Below are positions 27,648 to 41,612 of a stretch of 64,000 bases of DNA, piece after piece. The first letter of the stretch is position 1, and each line of letters opens with the position of its first letter. The translations under genes were made by a program, and so were the position numbers. The notes under the pieces were generated by a model that saw only the letters and a list, made by a program, of their open reading frames with translations, made no database searches and was not told the origin of the DNA. The DNA is from Eledone cirrhosa (Eukaryota). The stretch lies in assembly GCA_964016885.1 (NCBI GenBank), contig OZ024743.1, forward strand, positions 38,626,001 to 38,690,000. Reading direction: 5' to 3'.

Positions 27648-30269
27648 ATCCGTTGCATCAGCTAAACGGGAGGAGATTAGAGTGAATATAAGTTTTAAGT
27701 TCTTGTTAAGATATAAGCAATTTTACCAATCAATGTACTTTTCAGAGATATCTTTATCACCTATTTGCTCTCAGATTCATTATCCATGCATGAGATAATA
27801 GGAAATCTAATAATATGTTCGAACTTAGAAAAACAATTCACTGAGAAGAACAGACATTTAGGCAGTTTGTGTAGATAGATTCAGTTCTCTTTAGTTTAGG
27901 TTTCTGTTAAAGTTTGGATATATGTGAATAGAATTGCAACTGAAGACTGCACGATTTTCAAAGGCTGATAAATTTCTGCATTGCTAATGGGATTCTTGTG
28001 TCCTGACGTTACGTTTCCAGAAAGTGTGACGTACGTATAGATTTAATTCTGACATGGATTAAAATTCGTCCCTATGCTGCCATGTATAATAAGCACAAAC
28101 GAATTCAGAACAATAAGGACGTTGCTTTTTAGATTTACTTGTGATTTAGCACGACTTGGTAGAGCTATTAGGAAGTAAGCCGATTTGCTATGCTGTATTT
28201 ATTTCGAGTGTGTCCATTTTGGGTTCCAATACACACTGATGTTAATTTTGCTTTTCATTCACCCGCGACCGATATATTGACATTGTAGAAGGGTGGTTGG
28301 TAGATTATTTAGAATATCCAGATGAATGCTTAATAGTAGTTTTCCGGCTCTTTGTGTTTTGCGTCCCTTCCATATCCCGTTCTGTTACCACAATTTTGCA
28401 TTTCTGTGCATTAAATAGAGTCCACTCTGCTGTAAGCATTTGATTTAGGATCCTTTTATCCTTCCCTTTTTACAAGACATTTCGAAGACCTGCAAAGTTT
28501 CATGGACATTGCCCATGTCTCTCTCTCTGACGAAAACAGGAAAACATGTCTATACGAGCTTACAATCTTTTCTGAAACCGATGAACTGGTATCAACTCTA
28601 GATTCACCATCATTTCGGAAGCAGACGCCCTATGAATGTTGTCGATATCGCACAGATATGCGTAGCGTCTTAATGGATACATTATAAATTAATGAAATTT
28701 TTATTTTGTGCAAGGCTACAAATAAAAACAATGCGAATAACCTCAACGAGTAAAAATAACTTGCACAAATTAGTTTTCGTTCATGGAAGAAAACTTTCCT
28801 GATTTCCTCTGAAAGTTTCAGACTTGTGATAGGAAAGAAGGTAATTTATTTAACATTTTCTATATAATGTCGACAGTTTTATTTAATTTCTTTTTTCTAA
28901 ACATGTATTTAGTACTGACGCATTAACTAGGTTTGAATGTCCATTATCGTAACTGCTACTATTATTTCCATAAGTGGTTGTGCTACAAATACAGCCAACA
29001 GCAAGGATTATATGATAATTCATGTTTCAATTTTTTTTTTTTTTTTCTTTCCATTAAATTGTGCTAATACCGTATACTGTGATCATGTTCTTATAAATCG
29101 AATACTGAAGTTCAGATTCAATCTCTAGCATGTCAATATTTCATAGAATGCTGTTCTTTTATGATCTCTGATTCTGTATACTGTTCAGTGGACTAGTTGT
29201 GAACTATTGTACGATTTTGTCTTGTAAAAGTAGAGGAGAAATGTTATCTTGTTGTATGTCTATATTATAGCGTTAATAATACCCCAATGAGACGGAGAGA
29301 CAACTTCGTTACAATGCCGGATAGAATGCTTTGCGGTGTTGTTCCAGCTTCCTGTGATCTCAGTACAAATCTCACTGAGGCCTAGTTTGCTTTATTTCCC
29401 TGTAGAAGTCGATGGATAAATTAGCATCACATACTGTTGTCGAGTCACGTACTGGATTTAGGTTTCAACTACTTATACTAGCGCATTCTGAATTAATAAT
29501 AATATGGAGAATAATATGGTTTCGCCACAAAAATAACGCCTTGCCATGTGTAGTAATTCATTTGAATTCTACATAAATATTTTCTGTAAGAGGGAGTCTT
29601 TTGTCAGTATCTACACGGTCTTCACTATATAATTTTCTCTACAATAATACACTCAATATTCATTTCAATTGTATATCCTCGTTCTAGTTATACATTTCAC
29701 AATACACTAATCATGAAAACTACTATGTGTACAATGATAGGTATTCAACTTGAAATCTCACCTCCGATGCACAAGTCTCACTAAGGATTTTGTGGATAAC
29801 TAAACCTTCGTCATGGAGGGAAATACCACACCCAGCTACTGCTACTTTATCCAAGGGAATAGCAACGTGCAATATAGCTTGGCATCTGATTGATCACAGG
29901 CGTTGCTGTCAGAATGCATGCAGCTTGAATGGATTATACAATACATGTCCATCTTTATAACACGTATGCTATTCCTTCAATTTTATTTTGTATATTATCA
30001 ATTTCGAACGGATGAAGGATAACGTTTATCAAATTTAGAATAAGAAACAGTGCTGTAAGGCTTCGATTATTTCAATGACCTCCGAAGAATTATCAAATAA
30101 ATCTTGCTGAATATTATGAATTATTTTTTAACTTTAAGAGTAGGATTCTCCGTTTATCTTTTTAACTGGAACTCTTATCGTCATAACTGGTAGAATGCCA
30201 GGTATAATCATAGGAAGGGTAAGGAACACCCCCTTTTCTTCTTATTTCTTAACGACCAGAAGCGATATT

Positions 30270-31625
30270 AAAATAGGTTGCATAGAGGTACGGGATTCGG
30301 CATGATCCTGTAAGCAAGATTGCTTGATTAGTCTCGTCATATAATTAGCTATGTTTGCAACAGTCATTAGCGAAACCAGGCTCTCTGACACCCATGCTAC
30401 TGACTCCAATTTTAAGATATATGTGATTCTTAGGTGACCTGTAATGGGAGACTTGTTGGTAGTGCTGTTTAGAAAAAGCCTAAATCTCGAGATTTCTGGA
30501 CTCGGATGTCAACCTGGTGGCCATAGATATTGGCAAAAGTGAAGGTTGTGCATTTATATTTGGAGCGATCTTCGACCCCTCAAGAACAGGAAGGTAAGAT
30601 TCCTTTAAGCGTCTAGAAGTCTTCTTAGGAACATCTCAACCTTTACCGTTAGGAGAGAACTGGAACGGCATCATGGATACACATCGGGACTTGCTGATAG
30701 AAGCGGTTATTCAAAAACGTCAGGAACATGATCCGATATTTCAAGCTCGTCGTTTTAACGGAACTCAAGCGAAGACCAAGTGTAGGCTCATGGCATCTGG
30801 ATTGCTGTGTTGCGTTCAGAGCTCTATTACAATGGCCACCGCGATAAGTCAAAATTCCACGATAGCGTTCTAGAGAACACTAGTGGTGAACAAGATGGAC
30901 GACAGTCTTAGATACATTGGAGGCCTCAGCGAGAACAAAGCAGCGACTATGTTCTGGAATTGGAAAATTTGAACAGGCTTGGAAGTGAGGAAGTGTCGCT
31001 AGAATGATCACTCCGAGATGCCCCCACAGCAATGACACGCGTTTACACTCACTTGACCACATTGCCGGCTTATGGAATACGTCAACCAACGATTGTCGCA
31101 TGTAGGACGGCTACGGCTTTTGGCCGGCTCCACCTGAAGATCACTCAGTCGCCTTCTTTTGGCTAGAATGTTTAGGCAGTTTTCGTCTATCTGGTGGATA
31201 TGGTGGACATGGCTTAAAAGGACAGAAGATAGACACTTTCTAATTCAGCCAAACCCTCGTTGAGGTTTCGAGTTCCACTTGGAAAGGAAGGTGAGGGTGG
31301 TGAGATAAGTGCTGCCCCAAGTTCATTTGCTAGATGGAGCGTGAATAGATCGAGAATTGCCCGTGTGACAGGGCCTACGATGACTATAATTTGTGGAGGA
31401 GAGGTGTACTCTCCACAGGTGCACTCGAAGTGTCGGTTGGTTCAGGTTGTTGGGGTACCTGAGTTGCCGCTGGGTGATTCTCTCCCTACTGTGGAATATG
31501 TTTTTATTTTCATCTTTTATTGTTATTGTTTATGTACATATATTACCCAAGTATATTGTAAAACGCCATTGTCCCTGTCCAATGTATTGTGCTCTATATT
31601 TAGGTCCTTGTGCGCAATAAAGAAC

Positions 31626-31627
<2 letters not shown>
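30270..31627 (+). mobile_element. Heavily decayed, internally deleted Tx1/L1-type LINE
   Basis: APE-like remnants (cagtcattagcgaaaccaggctc; gaactggaacggcatcatggat) and C-terminal ccacttggaaaggaaggtgagggt shared with the 33-kb element; aataaa at the 3' end. Confidence 0.7.
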
Positions 31628-31679
<52 letters not shown>

Positions 31680-32605
31680 GCACCAAAAGATCATATTCCA
31701 TTACAAAAGATGCACAAAGATACAGTAATGGACTACAAATTTCAGAAGTCCCATTTACTGCTGAAATGGAAAACACAGAAAAAGCAAAGCAGGTAAAAGT
31801 AACTGCAAAGAAAGAACTGCTACAGAAACTGGCTAAGAAATGGCAAGAAAAGCCTCTGTATGGAAAATACCCAGAGCGAGCTAACAATCCTGATGTTGAC
31901 AAAACTTTAACCCATCAGTGGTTGGCATCCTCTGGACTGAAATCGGAGACTGAAGGACTGATTATATCCGCACAAGATCAGTGTCTGCCAACAAAAAATT
32001 ACCAAGCCAACATAATAAAAAATGGGTGCAGCCCATTATGCCGTGTATGCAAAAAACAACCAGAGACCATTGACCATATAATTTCAATGTGCAGTCCTAT
32101 AGCTCCAACCGAATACCTAAACAGGCATGACAGAGCTGCACAATACATACATTGGATAATGTGTAAGCATTTTGACCTGCCCCATCAAAAGAATTGGTGG
32201 GAGCATCAACCACCTCCCATACTTGAAAAAGATCACATCTCCATCTTGTGGAACTTTAGCATCCAAACAGACCGAAAAATAGATGCAAATAGACCTGATA
32301 TAATATTGAAGGACTTTCAAAGGAGGGTATGCCTGCTAATTGATATGTCTGTTCCAATAGACAAGAATGTATCTATAAAAACATTTGAAAAATTGAGCAA
32401 GTATAAGGACCTGGAGATAGAAATTGGAAAAATGTGGAAATTGAGAACTAAAACAATACCAGTGGTTGTAGGCGCTCTGGGAATGATACCTAAGGGGGCT
32501 AACGACTACTTATCGCAAATCCCAGGAAACCCGCGTATAGGAGAAATACAAAAGATAGTACTAATGGGAACTGCCCATATACTAAGGAAGATCCTGTCAA
32601 TATAA
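31680..32605 (+). pseudogene. C-terminal zinc knuckle + restriction-like (PD-D/ExK) endonuclease of an R4-clade LINE, 5'-truncated
   Basis: CRVC..ETIDHIISMC, RHD, RPDII..IDMSVP..KLSKYKDL. Confidence 0.9.
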
Positions 32606-32746
32606 GTACATCACAAGTCTAAACACTAAGGATGCATGTGTGAATATGTGTGTTCTTTCTTGAACATGGCGGACCTTGTTGTCTCTTGAGGTCACTGGTT
32701 GTGACTTGGTGATAACTCGTATAAACATAAAGCAAGATAAATGCAA
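31680..32746 (+). mobile_element. 5'-truncated R4/Dong-type LINE between (TAA)n tracts
   Basis: Open frame to 32605, short 3' UTR, (AAT)n on both sides. Confidence 0.88.
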
Positions 32747-32949
32747 ATAATAATAATAATAATAATAATTGTTTCTACGTTAGGCACAAGGCCAGCAATT
32801 ATCCAGTGCATTACTGGTACTTTATTTTATCGACCCCGTAATCATGAAAGGCAAAGTCAATCTCGGCGGAATTTGAACTCAGATCTTAAAGGGACGTCAC
32901 TATGCTGGAAAGCATGGCGTCCGACCCACTACCGATACTGCCATTCCAC
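32747..32949 (-). mobile_element. tRNA-derived SINE with (ATT)n tail
   Basis: Reverse complement of the SINE consensus (..ggcggaatttgaactcag..ctaccgatactgcca). Confidence 0.88.
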
Positions 32950-33199
32950 TTTCATTTATTGGCCAAAAGGTCCGACATATACGGGACAACACAAAAGACT
33001 GGGACAGTCGGGTTTTACAGAAAAATCGAGTAAACAATATGAATAAGAATAACAAAGTAACAATAAAAATATGGGAAAAATTCACCAATAGGGGGGATGA
33101 CCACCCAGGGTTCGCTCAGGTACCCAACCAATCCTGAATGACCCGACGCTTCGAGAGCATCCTGGAAGGGCACCCCTCTCCTCCTCAATTTACCCACCT

Positions 33200-36100
33200 A
33201 CAGCCGCATGACCAGAGTAGGTCCATTCACACGGGCCATTCTCGCCACATTCACGCACCTTTCAGCAAATGTATTGGGGGGCAGCACTTCTCTCTACACC
33301 CTCACCTTCCTTTCCAAGTGAAACTTGAAAGAGTTGATGAGGGATTGGCAGAAGAGAAAAGTGTCTGTCTTCAGTCCTTTCAACTTCGTCCACCATACAA
33401 CCTCTTTCGCTACAGCCACCAGACAGAGGAACATTTCCTGCCATTCCTGACCAAAAGAAGGCGGCGGGTCGATCTTCAATATGGACTCGGCCGATAGCCG
33501 GATCCGTTCTACAGCCGACGGCAGCTGTTCGACATAACTCCACAAGTCAGTAATGCACGGACACTGTACGAGTGCGTGCAGAACGGTTTCGTTGCTCTGC
33601 GCCAATCTCGGGCACGTACGTCTGACAGCACTTCCGTGCCTGTAGAGTTTATTTCGAACCGTTAGTGCCTCCCGGTAGCACTGCCAAGCGAGGGATTTTA
33701 GGAAATTATCCATCGTCCCCGGCTCGAAAGTCCTCTTAAACAGACTGGTTAGTTAGATTTGGTCGACTCCAAGAGCCTCTCCGAGTGCGTCGTCACACTT
33801 GCCCACCACTAATGCCCTATAGAACTCGAGAGTGGAAGTTCCACTGAACGCATTGCCCGCTTGGTAGAGGGCAGTGAGTGCCTGGCAACATTCCAGATGC
33901 CAGTCACCCAGTCTCGGTCTCTTCTTGACCCTGGACTGCAGCTCAGTCAAAGAAACGGGCTCCGGAAAGGCCCGTCTGACAACCGGCAAACACACCTGTT
34001 CAACGTTCAGGCAGAATATCTGGAGATGCCGCAGCCTTAGCGCGTGTCTGAGCAACATTAGCCACGGCATGCCCAGCCCTCCACGTAGAGGGTGCCGGCA
34101 GCAGATGGACCGCCTCACCAGCGGAACCTGACCCCTCCACAAGAATCTGAAGAGGAGCCGCTCCAAGATGGCGAGGCGCGAACGGGTGCAATGGACGACG
34201 GTCAGACGGTAGTAGGTGACGGACTCGATGTACACTTTCGCCACCGCCACCGGACCTTTCAGTGATAGCTTCTTCCCAGCCCATTTCTGGGTGAGACTGG
34301 CTACCCTTCCCGTCACATCGTCCCAATTCTTATCCACCTGGAGGTCTTGCCCGAATCAAACCCCGAGCGACTTTACCGGTCCGTCCGTCCAGCGCCTGAC
34401 GACGCTGTTGGACGGCATGGACTTGCTTCTCCATGTGCCGAGTTGCAAGCCCACCGACTTTTCCGGGTCAAGTTTTGTTCCCGTCAACCTCTCATATTCC
34501 TCCAAGAATTTGCCGACCACCTCGATGTCTGAGGTGTCCGACACCATCACGGTGATATCGTCCGCATAAGCCGACACAGCCTTTCCGCGTCCCGGTTCGA
34601 GCAGGATACCCTGCAACAGCTCCAGCTTCCGCAGTAAAGGCTCGAGAGTCAATACGTACAGAAGGGAGGAGAGAGGACACACTTCAGGGACCGATCGGGA
34701 GACTTGAAACGGTTTCGAGAGGTGGTCATTAATTTTGACCACCGAGAAGGTGCTGCTGTGCATTGCAGCGATCCAGATTCTGAAGACTGGGCCGAAGTCA
34801 ACCGCCTTGAGGACAACCTCCAGGTACCGATGGTCGACCCTATCGAATGCTTTCCATTGATCTAAATTGATCAGAACCCCACCGAAGCCAGGTTTACACC
34901 CTACCCTCTCTATGATGTATCGTATTAGGTGGAGATTGTCGTGTATGGACCTGGTTGGGATTGCGCAATTTGCGCCTCCCCAACCAAATCCCCGACCACA
35001 AGCGCCAACCTCTTCGCTAATACCCTGGCCAAAATCTTAAACTTTGTGTTGACTGGGTTATGGGCCTGAAATAGTCTAATGTGTCCGTCTTGTTCTCGTA
35101 TTTCCTTATCAACGTCACTACGCCCCGGCTCACGGAACTGAGAATACTCCCGTTTTGAGGCCAGTTGCAGTAGAGGGCTTCGAGGAGATTGGAGAACAAG
35201 TAGTCTGGCATATTGATGTAAATCTCGTAGGGAAGACCATCCAAACCGGGTGACTTGCGCCTCATGCAGCCGGCAAGGGCATCCTGAATCTCGGCTGAAG
35301 TCATTTGCCTTTCGCAGCGTCCATCATCAGCTGTCGAGAATTGCGGCAAACCATCGATGTAGGGAATGAAGTCCGCCACCGTATATGACTCGCCACTTCT
35401 CTCGAACAACCGAGCAAAATGTTGACGAAAGGCCACACATCCGCTTGGAATCGCTCAGCTCGTGTCCGTCTCGGTCCGTCAAAGACCGAATCGTGGTTTT
35501 ATTACCACGCTGTGCCTCTGCCACGCGGGTCCATCGAACAGCTTTGGTTCCCTTGTTCCTCAGAGCATGCGCCTTAGCTCTGACAATGCAACCTTCGTGT
35601 TTCGCATTGAAAAAATGGTCTAATGTGACTCTTGCCGTTTGCACGTCAGTTGCAATGTCACTACCAATAGCCTCGTCTAACTTATCTTCAAACTTCCCCT
35701 CCTTTCTATTTTTTTCTAACGCTACTTCTTTCCTAAACTCTATCGACATTACTCTAATCTCTCTTTTGAGAGTCCCCCACCATCTATTGTTGACGACGCC
35801 CCTGTCAACCTTTACTTAACTAAATTGTTGACCCGGTCCCTGTAAGCCTTACGTGCCGGAAATGACATGTTTAGCTTCCAGTAACCAGGTCCTAACCTAC
35901 GCGTCTTATCTTGGTCGACCATACAGATCACAAACTTGTGATCTGAATAGGCGACCGTTTGAAATCGGGGAGAGCTTACACTATTTCTGTCTATTTCCCT
36001 AAATAATATCCTGTCTATATACAATCTAGATGACCCTATGCGGTTAGTCCAGGTCAACACTGACGCATTAGGGAAATCTAGTCGGTACATGTCAGACAGT

Positions 36101-36618
36101 CGGAACTGGCTGATCAGGTTCTTGAGGCTTTTGCACCACCCGATCCTATCGGATACTCCCACACAGTCCCAGCGTACGTCTAAGATGTCGTTCCAGTCCC
36201 TCTCTAACAGTAAAGGGCGAGACTTACCCAGAAAGGCTTCCACGCGTCTAAAGAAGTCCGGCCGTCCTGCCCCAGTAGGGGAATAGGCGGCCACCAGTCT
36301 AAAGGCGCCACCTTTGTTATTGTTCACGTCCAGGACAACCAAATTCCCGTGCAGGTCGCGGAAGATCGACCTAACCTCGAGAACCAGGCCTTTGCTAAAC
36401 AGCACTGCCGCCCCGCCTCCCATTCCCGGCCGGCTAACAGATGTAAATATATGTTAGTCGTCGAAAATGTGGGCCTGGTGTGCGCGTGTCGGAAATCCTG
36501 ATCTCGCTGACGGCAATTACATTAATTTCTAGAGACCTGAGGTCGTTGAGCAGGTGACCCTGCCTCCAAGGCGATCCCAGGCCTCGAATATTTAAATTTC
36601 CTACTCTTAATTCGGCAT
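33200..36618 (-). pseudogene. ORF2: apurinic endonuclease + reverse transcriptase + Cys motif, disrupted
   Basis: VGNLNIRGL, GGGAAVLF, DWNDILD, IDRI, SDHKFV, GPGYWKLN, KSPGLDGLP, FRPIT, CPLSSLLY, AYADD, GGLGMP, CPR..ETVLHALVQCP. Confidence 0.92.
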
Positions 36619-37381
36619 TGTTATAAGGTTAAAAAGAGAGAGAGGAAAAGTTTACTTACCTTCCGGGCTCTTGTGAAGGGCGGGTGGTTCGACCTCCATA
36701 GTTGGTGGGGTTTCTTTTGGGAACCCCGTTAAAAGTCTTGAAGTGGGTTTTACGTTCGGGGTTCCCACGTCCCGAGGAAAGGTGTCTCGTATATATTTGT
36801 ATAAATCGAGCGACATTCGCACCAGAAACAATTCTTCCAGCAGGCGAAATGTGCTCGATTTAAAAAGTTCCCCATCTTTTTGTATATTTTCACTTCCTGC
36901 TACGAGGGCCATCAGTGCCTTGTTGGGTCTCCTGACGAGCACGAAGTTTTGTATGTTTTGTTGATGTGATTTTATTTGTTTCCGTGGCTGTGGTGGTGAT
37001 GGTTTTGGTGGTGGTGTTTCGGTTGTGTCTGTGTTTGTCGTGATTACGGTGTCTGTGGTTTCAGATGTTTGTATGTGTATATGTTCTTGCGTCTGTTTAG
37101 GTTGTTCGTGTTTGGGGGATTCTGGTGATGGTGATAGAGGTGTTGATGTTGGTGTTATTGGAGAGATGTTTGCGTGGGTGGTGTCTGCATTTTTTTTATT
37201 GTGGGTGATTTTGTGTTTGTTGATATTTTTTTTCCTTTTTGTGTTTCCTTTTCTGTATTTGGGGGGATTTTTGTTTTCCCTCATCTTTACAACTGGTAGA
37301 TGAGGTGTCTGTGTCTGTAAGTGTGTCTGTGTGTATGTTTATGTTTTTATTGGTGTGTGTATTTATGAGGGGAGGGTGAAT

Positions 37382-38590
37382 TTAACAACTTTCCTCGTTT
37401 CCCCCCTGGGTGATCAATGTTGGTGGTGGTCTTTCATATGGTGTTGTTGGTGGTTTTGCCGATGCTGGTGTTGGTTGTGGTCCTCTCCCCGGAGTCGGCA
37501 GCAGTGGAGCCTTTGGACCCCTTGCATCTTTCAGCAGTTGAGGGAAGAAGGCTCGCAAATAGGTTTTTCCCCCACAAACAAAACAATGCGGCCTTTTCCC
37601 CTCGGTCATAATATGAATGACGGTCCCATTCTGAAGGCGGATGTGGTCCGGGATTTTCTTCACGTTCTCGGGCCTGATCTGGAGCAGTATCTCCAGGTCA
37701 ACCCCGGACCAGTCCCCTCTGGCCGTTCTGGTCACTTCTATCGGGACGGTATCCATCCCCTCCACAATCACACATCCCAGTCCTGGTGGGATTCTGGGAA
37801 TGCGGAGACGGGCCGTTTTTTTTCCCATGTGGGAGGGGTACATAATGACCTTGCTCGTTTTGCAAGGAGTCATAGCGTGTTTCATAGCGAGGGCTTCTGA
37901 ATTGAACAGCATCGAAATGGTGCCGTACTGACTGCCCCTCGCTATGTATTCGGTGTATTCTCTGATGCACCTCAGCGCGAATTCGATATCTGCTTGTGGA
38001 ATTAAAGCTGCCCGTTTGGTTTGTGCTGAGATGCATCTATAATGGACCGTTCTGCGCTCCACTGCCTCAATAGCTTCTACCGGGACAGTTAAATAGGCCC
38101 AGGTTTGCTCTTGCTTGATGAGCTTCCAGGCTTGGGCCAACTTTTCATATTTGTTTGAGAGGTCCATGTTGAAGTATGGCCTCTTTTTTTGCTGCTGCCG
38201 CAGCGAAAGTGTTCTTCTTGTGTCGTAGGGGGTGTTGTTGTTGTTGTCGATGTTCTTGTTGGTGTTGTTCTTATCACTGTCGCAGTTATCATTGGTACCG
38301 TTGATATTGTTGCTGTTGGTGTTGTCGCTATTCGTTTTCATGTTAGTGGTGTTGATATTATTGTTGCATTTGTCATTTTTTCTATTATCTGTATTTTCGT
38401 TGTCGATGTTACTGTCATTTTTTTCAAAATTAGAGTTCTCAGTGTTGTTATCATTGGTGTCTATGTTTACATTGTTTGTGGTGGTGTTTGTTGTATCAAT
38501 TTCTGTTAATCTTGCCGTAGCGCTCCTCTCAACTTCTGCGTCGTTGTCGCACGACAGCATATATATCGCTGGGGCGCGTGGCTGAGCCAT
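37382..38590 (-). pseudogene. ORF1 (gag-like nucleic-acid-binding protein), probably continuing into 36652-37284
   Basis: MAQPRAP start, Asn/Thr-rich N-terminus, decayed knuckle RPHCFVCGGKTYLRAFFP, upstream of ORF2. Confidence 0.75.
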
Positions 38591-38824
38591 TTTTTTTTCG
38601 TTTTTTTTTCGATAATTTAAAAAGAATGTAAAAGAGTTCAAATATTTGGGCCAAAAGGCCCAACTATTATTCTTTCCTATTCACAGGGCTAAGTCAAAGG
38701 GCTTGTATGCCTTTCACAACAACAAAATTCAACAAATAAGTGTTGACAGATAAATAAATAAACTTACGGGAGCGAGCAAAAAGACGTCCGTTCAGACTCA
38801 ATAATAATAATAATAATAATAATA

Positions 38825-41377
38825 AAAGACAAACAAGAAGATCAGAACCTTGGTGGAAGAAACGACTGAATGTTCAAATCAAGGAAATGAGAAATGACAT
38901 TGGAAAGCTTGGGTCCCTACTGAATGGGACACTACAAAACATAGACACTAAAAATAGATTGGAAATAAAGTACAAAACTAGGAGGAAAAAGCTAAATATC
39001 ATCATAGAGGAACCGAAGCAACGCATTGTAGCAAAGAGTGCAAAGATTAGGCGGTATGAGAGCAGAGTCAGTCAGTATATACAGAACTGCATGTTTGACA
39101 ACAACCAGAAGATGTTTGGACAGCTTGAATGGAAAGAAAGAGACAACGACTTGATCCCTGAGGCGGTACAGGCTAAGACATTCTGGAAAGGAATATGGGA
39201 GCAGGATGTTGAACATAATGATCAGGCAGTGTGGATTGAGACAGTACAAAAGGAGATTAGTGAACAAGCACACCAACAAACTGATTTGAGTACCACAGTT
39301 GAAACTCTTAAAGTGCAGGCCAAAAAACTAACTAACTGGAAATCACCAGGCTCAGATTGTATGCAGGTGTATTGGATAAAAAATATAACATCTCTCCACC
39401 CGAAACAGACAACCATGTTCAATGACTGCTTAATGTCGGGTGAGGTACGAGAGGTACAAAAGGTACCGTCGTTCTGGTAATGAAAGACCGAGTGAAGGGT
39501 AATGATGTTACCAACTATAGACCTATCACATGTCTGTCCGTAATGTGGAAACTGTTACAAGCATTGTGTCCGAAGATTCTACCATCACCTCCACACAAAC
39601 AACTTGTTACCGGACGAACAGAAAGGATGCCGAAAGAAGTCCCGTGGTACAAAGGACCAGTTACTTATTCATAAGATTGTAATGAGGATGTGCAAGAGGA
39701 GACACACTGGTCTTGCCATAGGATGGATAGATTACAAAAAGACATTCGACATGGTACCTCATTCTTGGATAACCAAAAGGCTAGAGATCTTCAAGTTGAC
39801 AGATAACGTCAGACAGTTGTTGAGCAAAATTATGAGGTCCTGGGAAACAAAGTTAACTTCGGGTGGAGAATACTTGGAGGCGTTAATATCAAGAGAGGTA
39901 TCTTCCCTGGAGATAGTTTGTCCCCCCTGTTGTTTGTCCTTGCCCTGATACCCCTGACGATTATACTGCGAGAAGTGAGAGCAGTATACAAGTTGGGAAA
40001 AGGAGAGCTTACCATCAACCACCTCCTCTTCATGGACGATCTTAAACTATTTAGGAAGAGTGAGAAGGAGGTGGATGTACTTGTTGACACTGTCCGTATT
40101 TTCAGCAATGATATATGTATGCAATTTGGTATTAATAATTTGGAGTTCTAGTGATGAAGAGGTGTAAATTGAGCAGAGGCAACGGAATCCAGGTACCAAC
40201 AGGTGAGATGATAAAGGAAATTGACACTGAAGAAGGATACAACTATTTAGGTGTTCTGGAGGGAGATGACTGTCATAAGTGCAGTGAATTCCCGAGCTGT
40301 GTCTATTATTCGGTACAGTGCGGGAATTCTGAAATGGAATGTTGCTGAATAAAAAGAAATGGATAGGAAGACTAGGAAGCTATTTACTATCTACAACATG
40401 TTCCACAAGAGGAGTGATGTCGATAGACTCTACTTAAGGATATCTGAAGGTGGAAGATGTCTTTTCAGCATAGAGGACTGTGTTCAGATGGAGAAAAACA
40501 ACCCGCACGTGACTGACAGTAGGGAGCCAATGCTCAGAATTGTACTGAAGAAGAGGACAATAGACCAGGGGATATCCAAGGAGGAAATAAGAATAAGGAG
40601 CAAGAGCAACCTTCATGAAAATCCCTTCATAGTACATTCTTTAAGAAAACTGAATTTAGAGATCCACAGACATGGAACTGGTTAAAAAGAGACCTTAAAA
40701 AGGCTACAGAAGTTATGCTAATGGCTTCCGAAGAACAGGCCCTCAGAACAAAGTGGGTGTAACACTATATTTACAACAAGGATGCTAGTCCACTGTGTAG
40801 GATCTGTGGAGAGAGAGAGGAGACTGTGGCTCATATCGTATCCGAGTGTAAACACCTAGCCCACACTCACTATAAAGGCTGGAGACATGATGTGATCCAC
40901 TGGCACATATGCAAAATAAACATTTTAACACATTCTGAGAAGTGGTATGAGCATAAGCCAGAGTCGGAAACTGGAACACAATAGGGCTGAACTGGTGGTT
41001 TTGGACAAGGAAAAAAGATCGTGTCTGATTGTGGATGTAGCCTGTCCATTTGACACGAGAGTGCAAGAAAAGGAGAATGAGAAAATTAACAGATAAAAGG
41101 ACTTAAAGTGGGAGATAAAAAGGATTTGGAAATGCGATGAAGTCAGAGTCGTCCCGATTGTCATAGGCGTACTAGGTACTATCTCAAAGAGTTTCCAAGG
41201 ATGGATAAAGAAAATTAGTCCAGCCCCGCTATTTGGAACACTTCAAAAAGCATGCTTGCTGGGAACAGCAAGAACCCTCCGATACGTCCTGAATATCTGA
41301 GGCAGAAGGTAGCGGCCTGATATTCATTTCAACAAACTTTCAAGTTAAATAACATCAATGACTGAGACTCAAAGAAC
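38825..41377 (+). mobile_element. 5'-truncated, decayed R4/Dong-type LINE (RT + REL endonuclease), second family
   Basis: [77 protein letters not shown]; (AAT)n both sides. Confidence 0.92.
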
Positions 41378-41563
41378 AATAATAATTATTTCTACTTTTG
41401 GTACAAGGCCAGCAATTATCCCAGTGTATTACTGGTATTTTATTTTATCGACCCAGTAAGGATGAAAGGCAAAGTTAGCCTAGGCGGGATTTGAACTCAG
41501 CCCATAAAAGGCCGTACCTCTTTGCTGCAAAGCATGGCGTCCGACCCTCAACCGATACGGCCA
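41378..41563 (-). mobile_element. tRNA-derived SINE
   Basis: Reverse complement of the SINE consensus. Confidence 0.88.
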
Positions 41564-41612
41564 ATAAAAAAAATAATATTAATTATCATTATTGTTATTA
41601 TTATTGGTAGTA

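Larger units (their letters stand above)
32951..38799 (-). mobile_element. Full-length decayed Tx1/L1-clade LINE (~5.85 kb)
   Basis: 5' UTR, ORF1, APE-RT ORF2 with frameshifts, 3' UTR ending caataaatga; 5' end abuts (TAA)n. Confidence 0.9.

Noticed and set aside
28477-28687. Possible terminal host exon (pyrimidine tract + ag, ~70 open codons)
   Set aside because: No recognisable domain or partner exons; needs RNA-seq.
31610-31679. Poly-Ile N-terminus of the 331-aa ORF
   Set aside because: Translation of the (AAT)n target site, not part of the protein.
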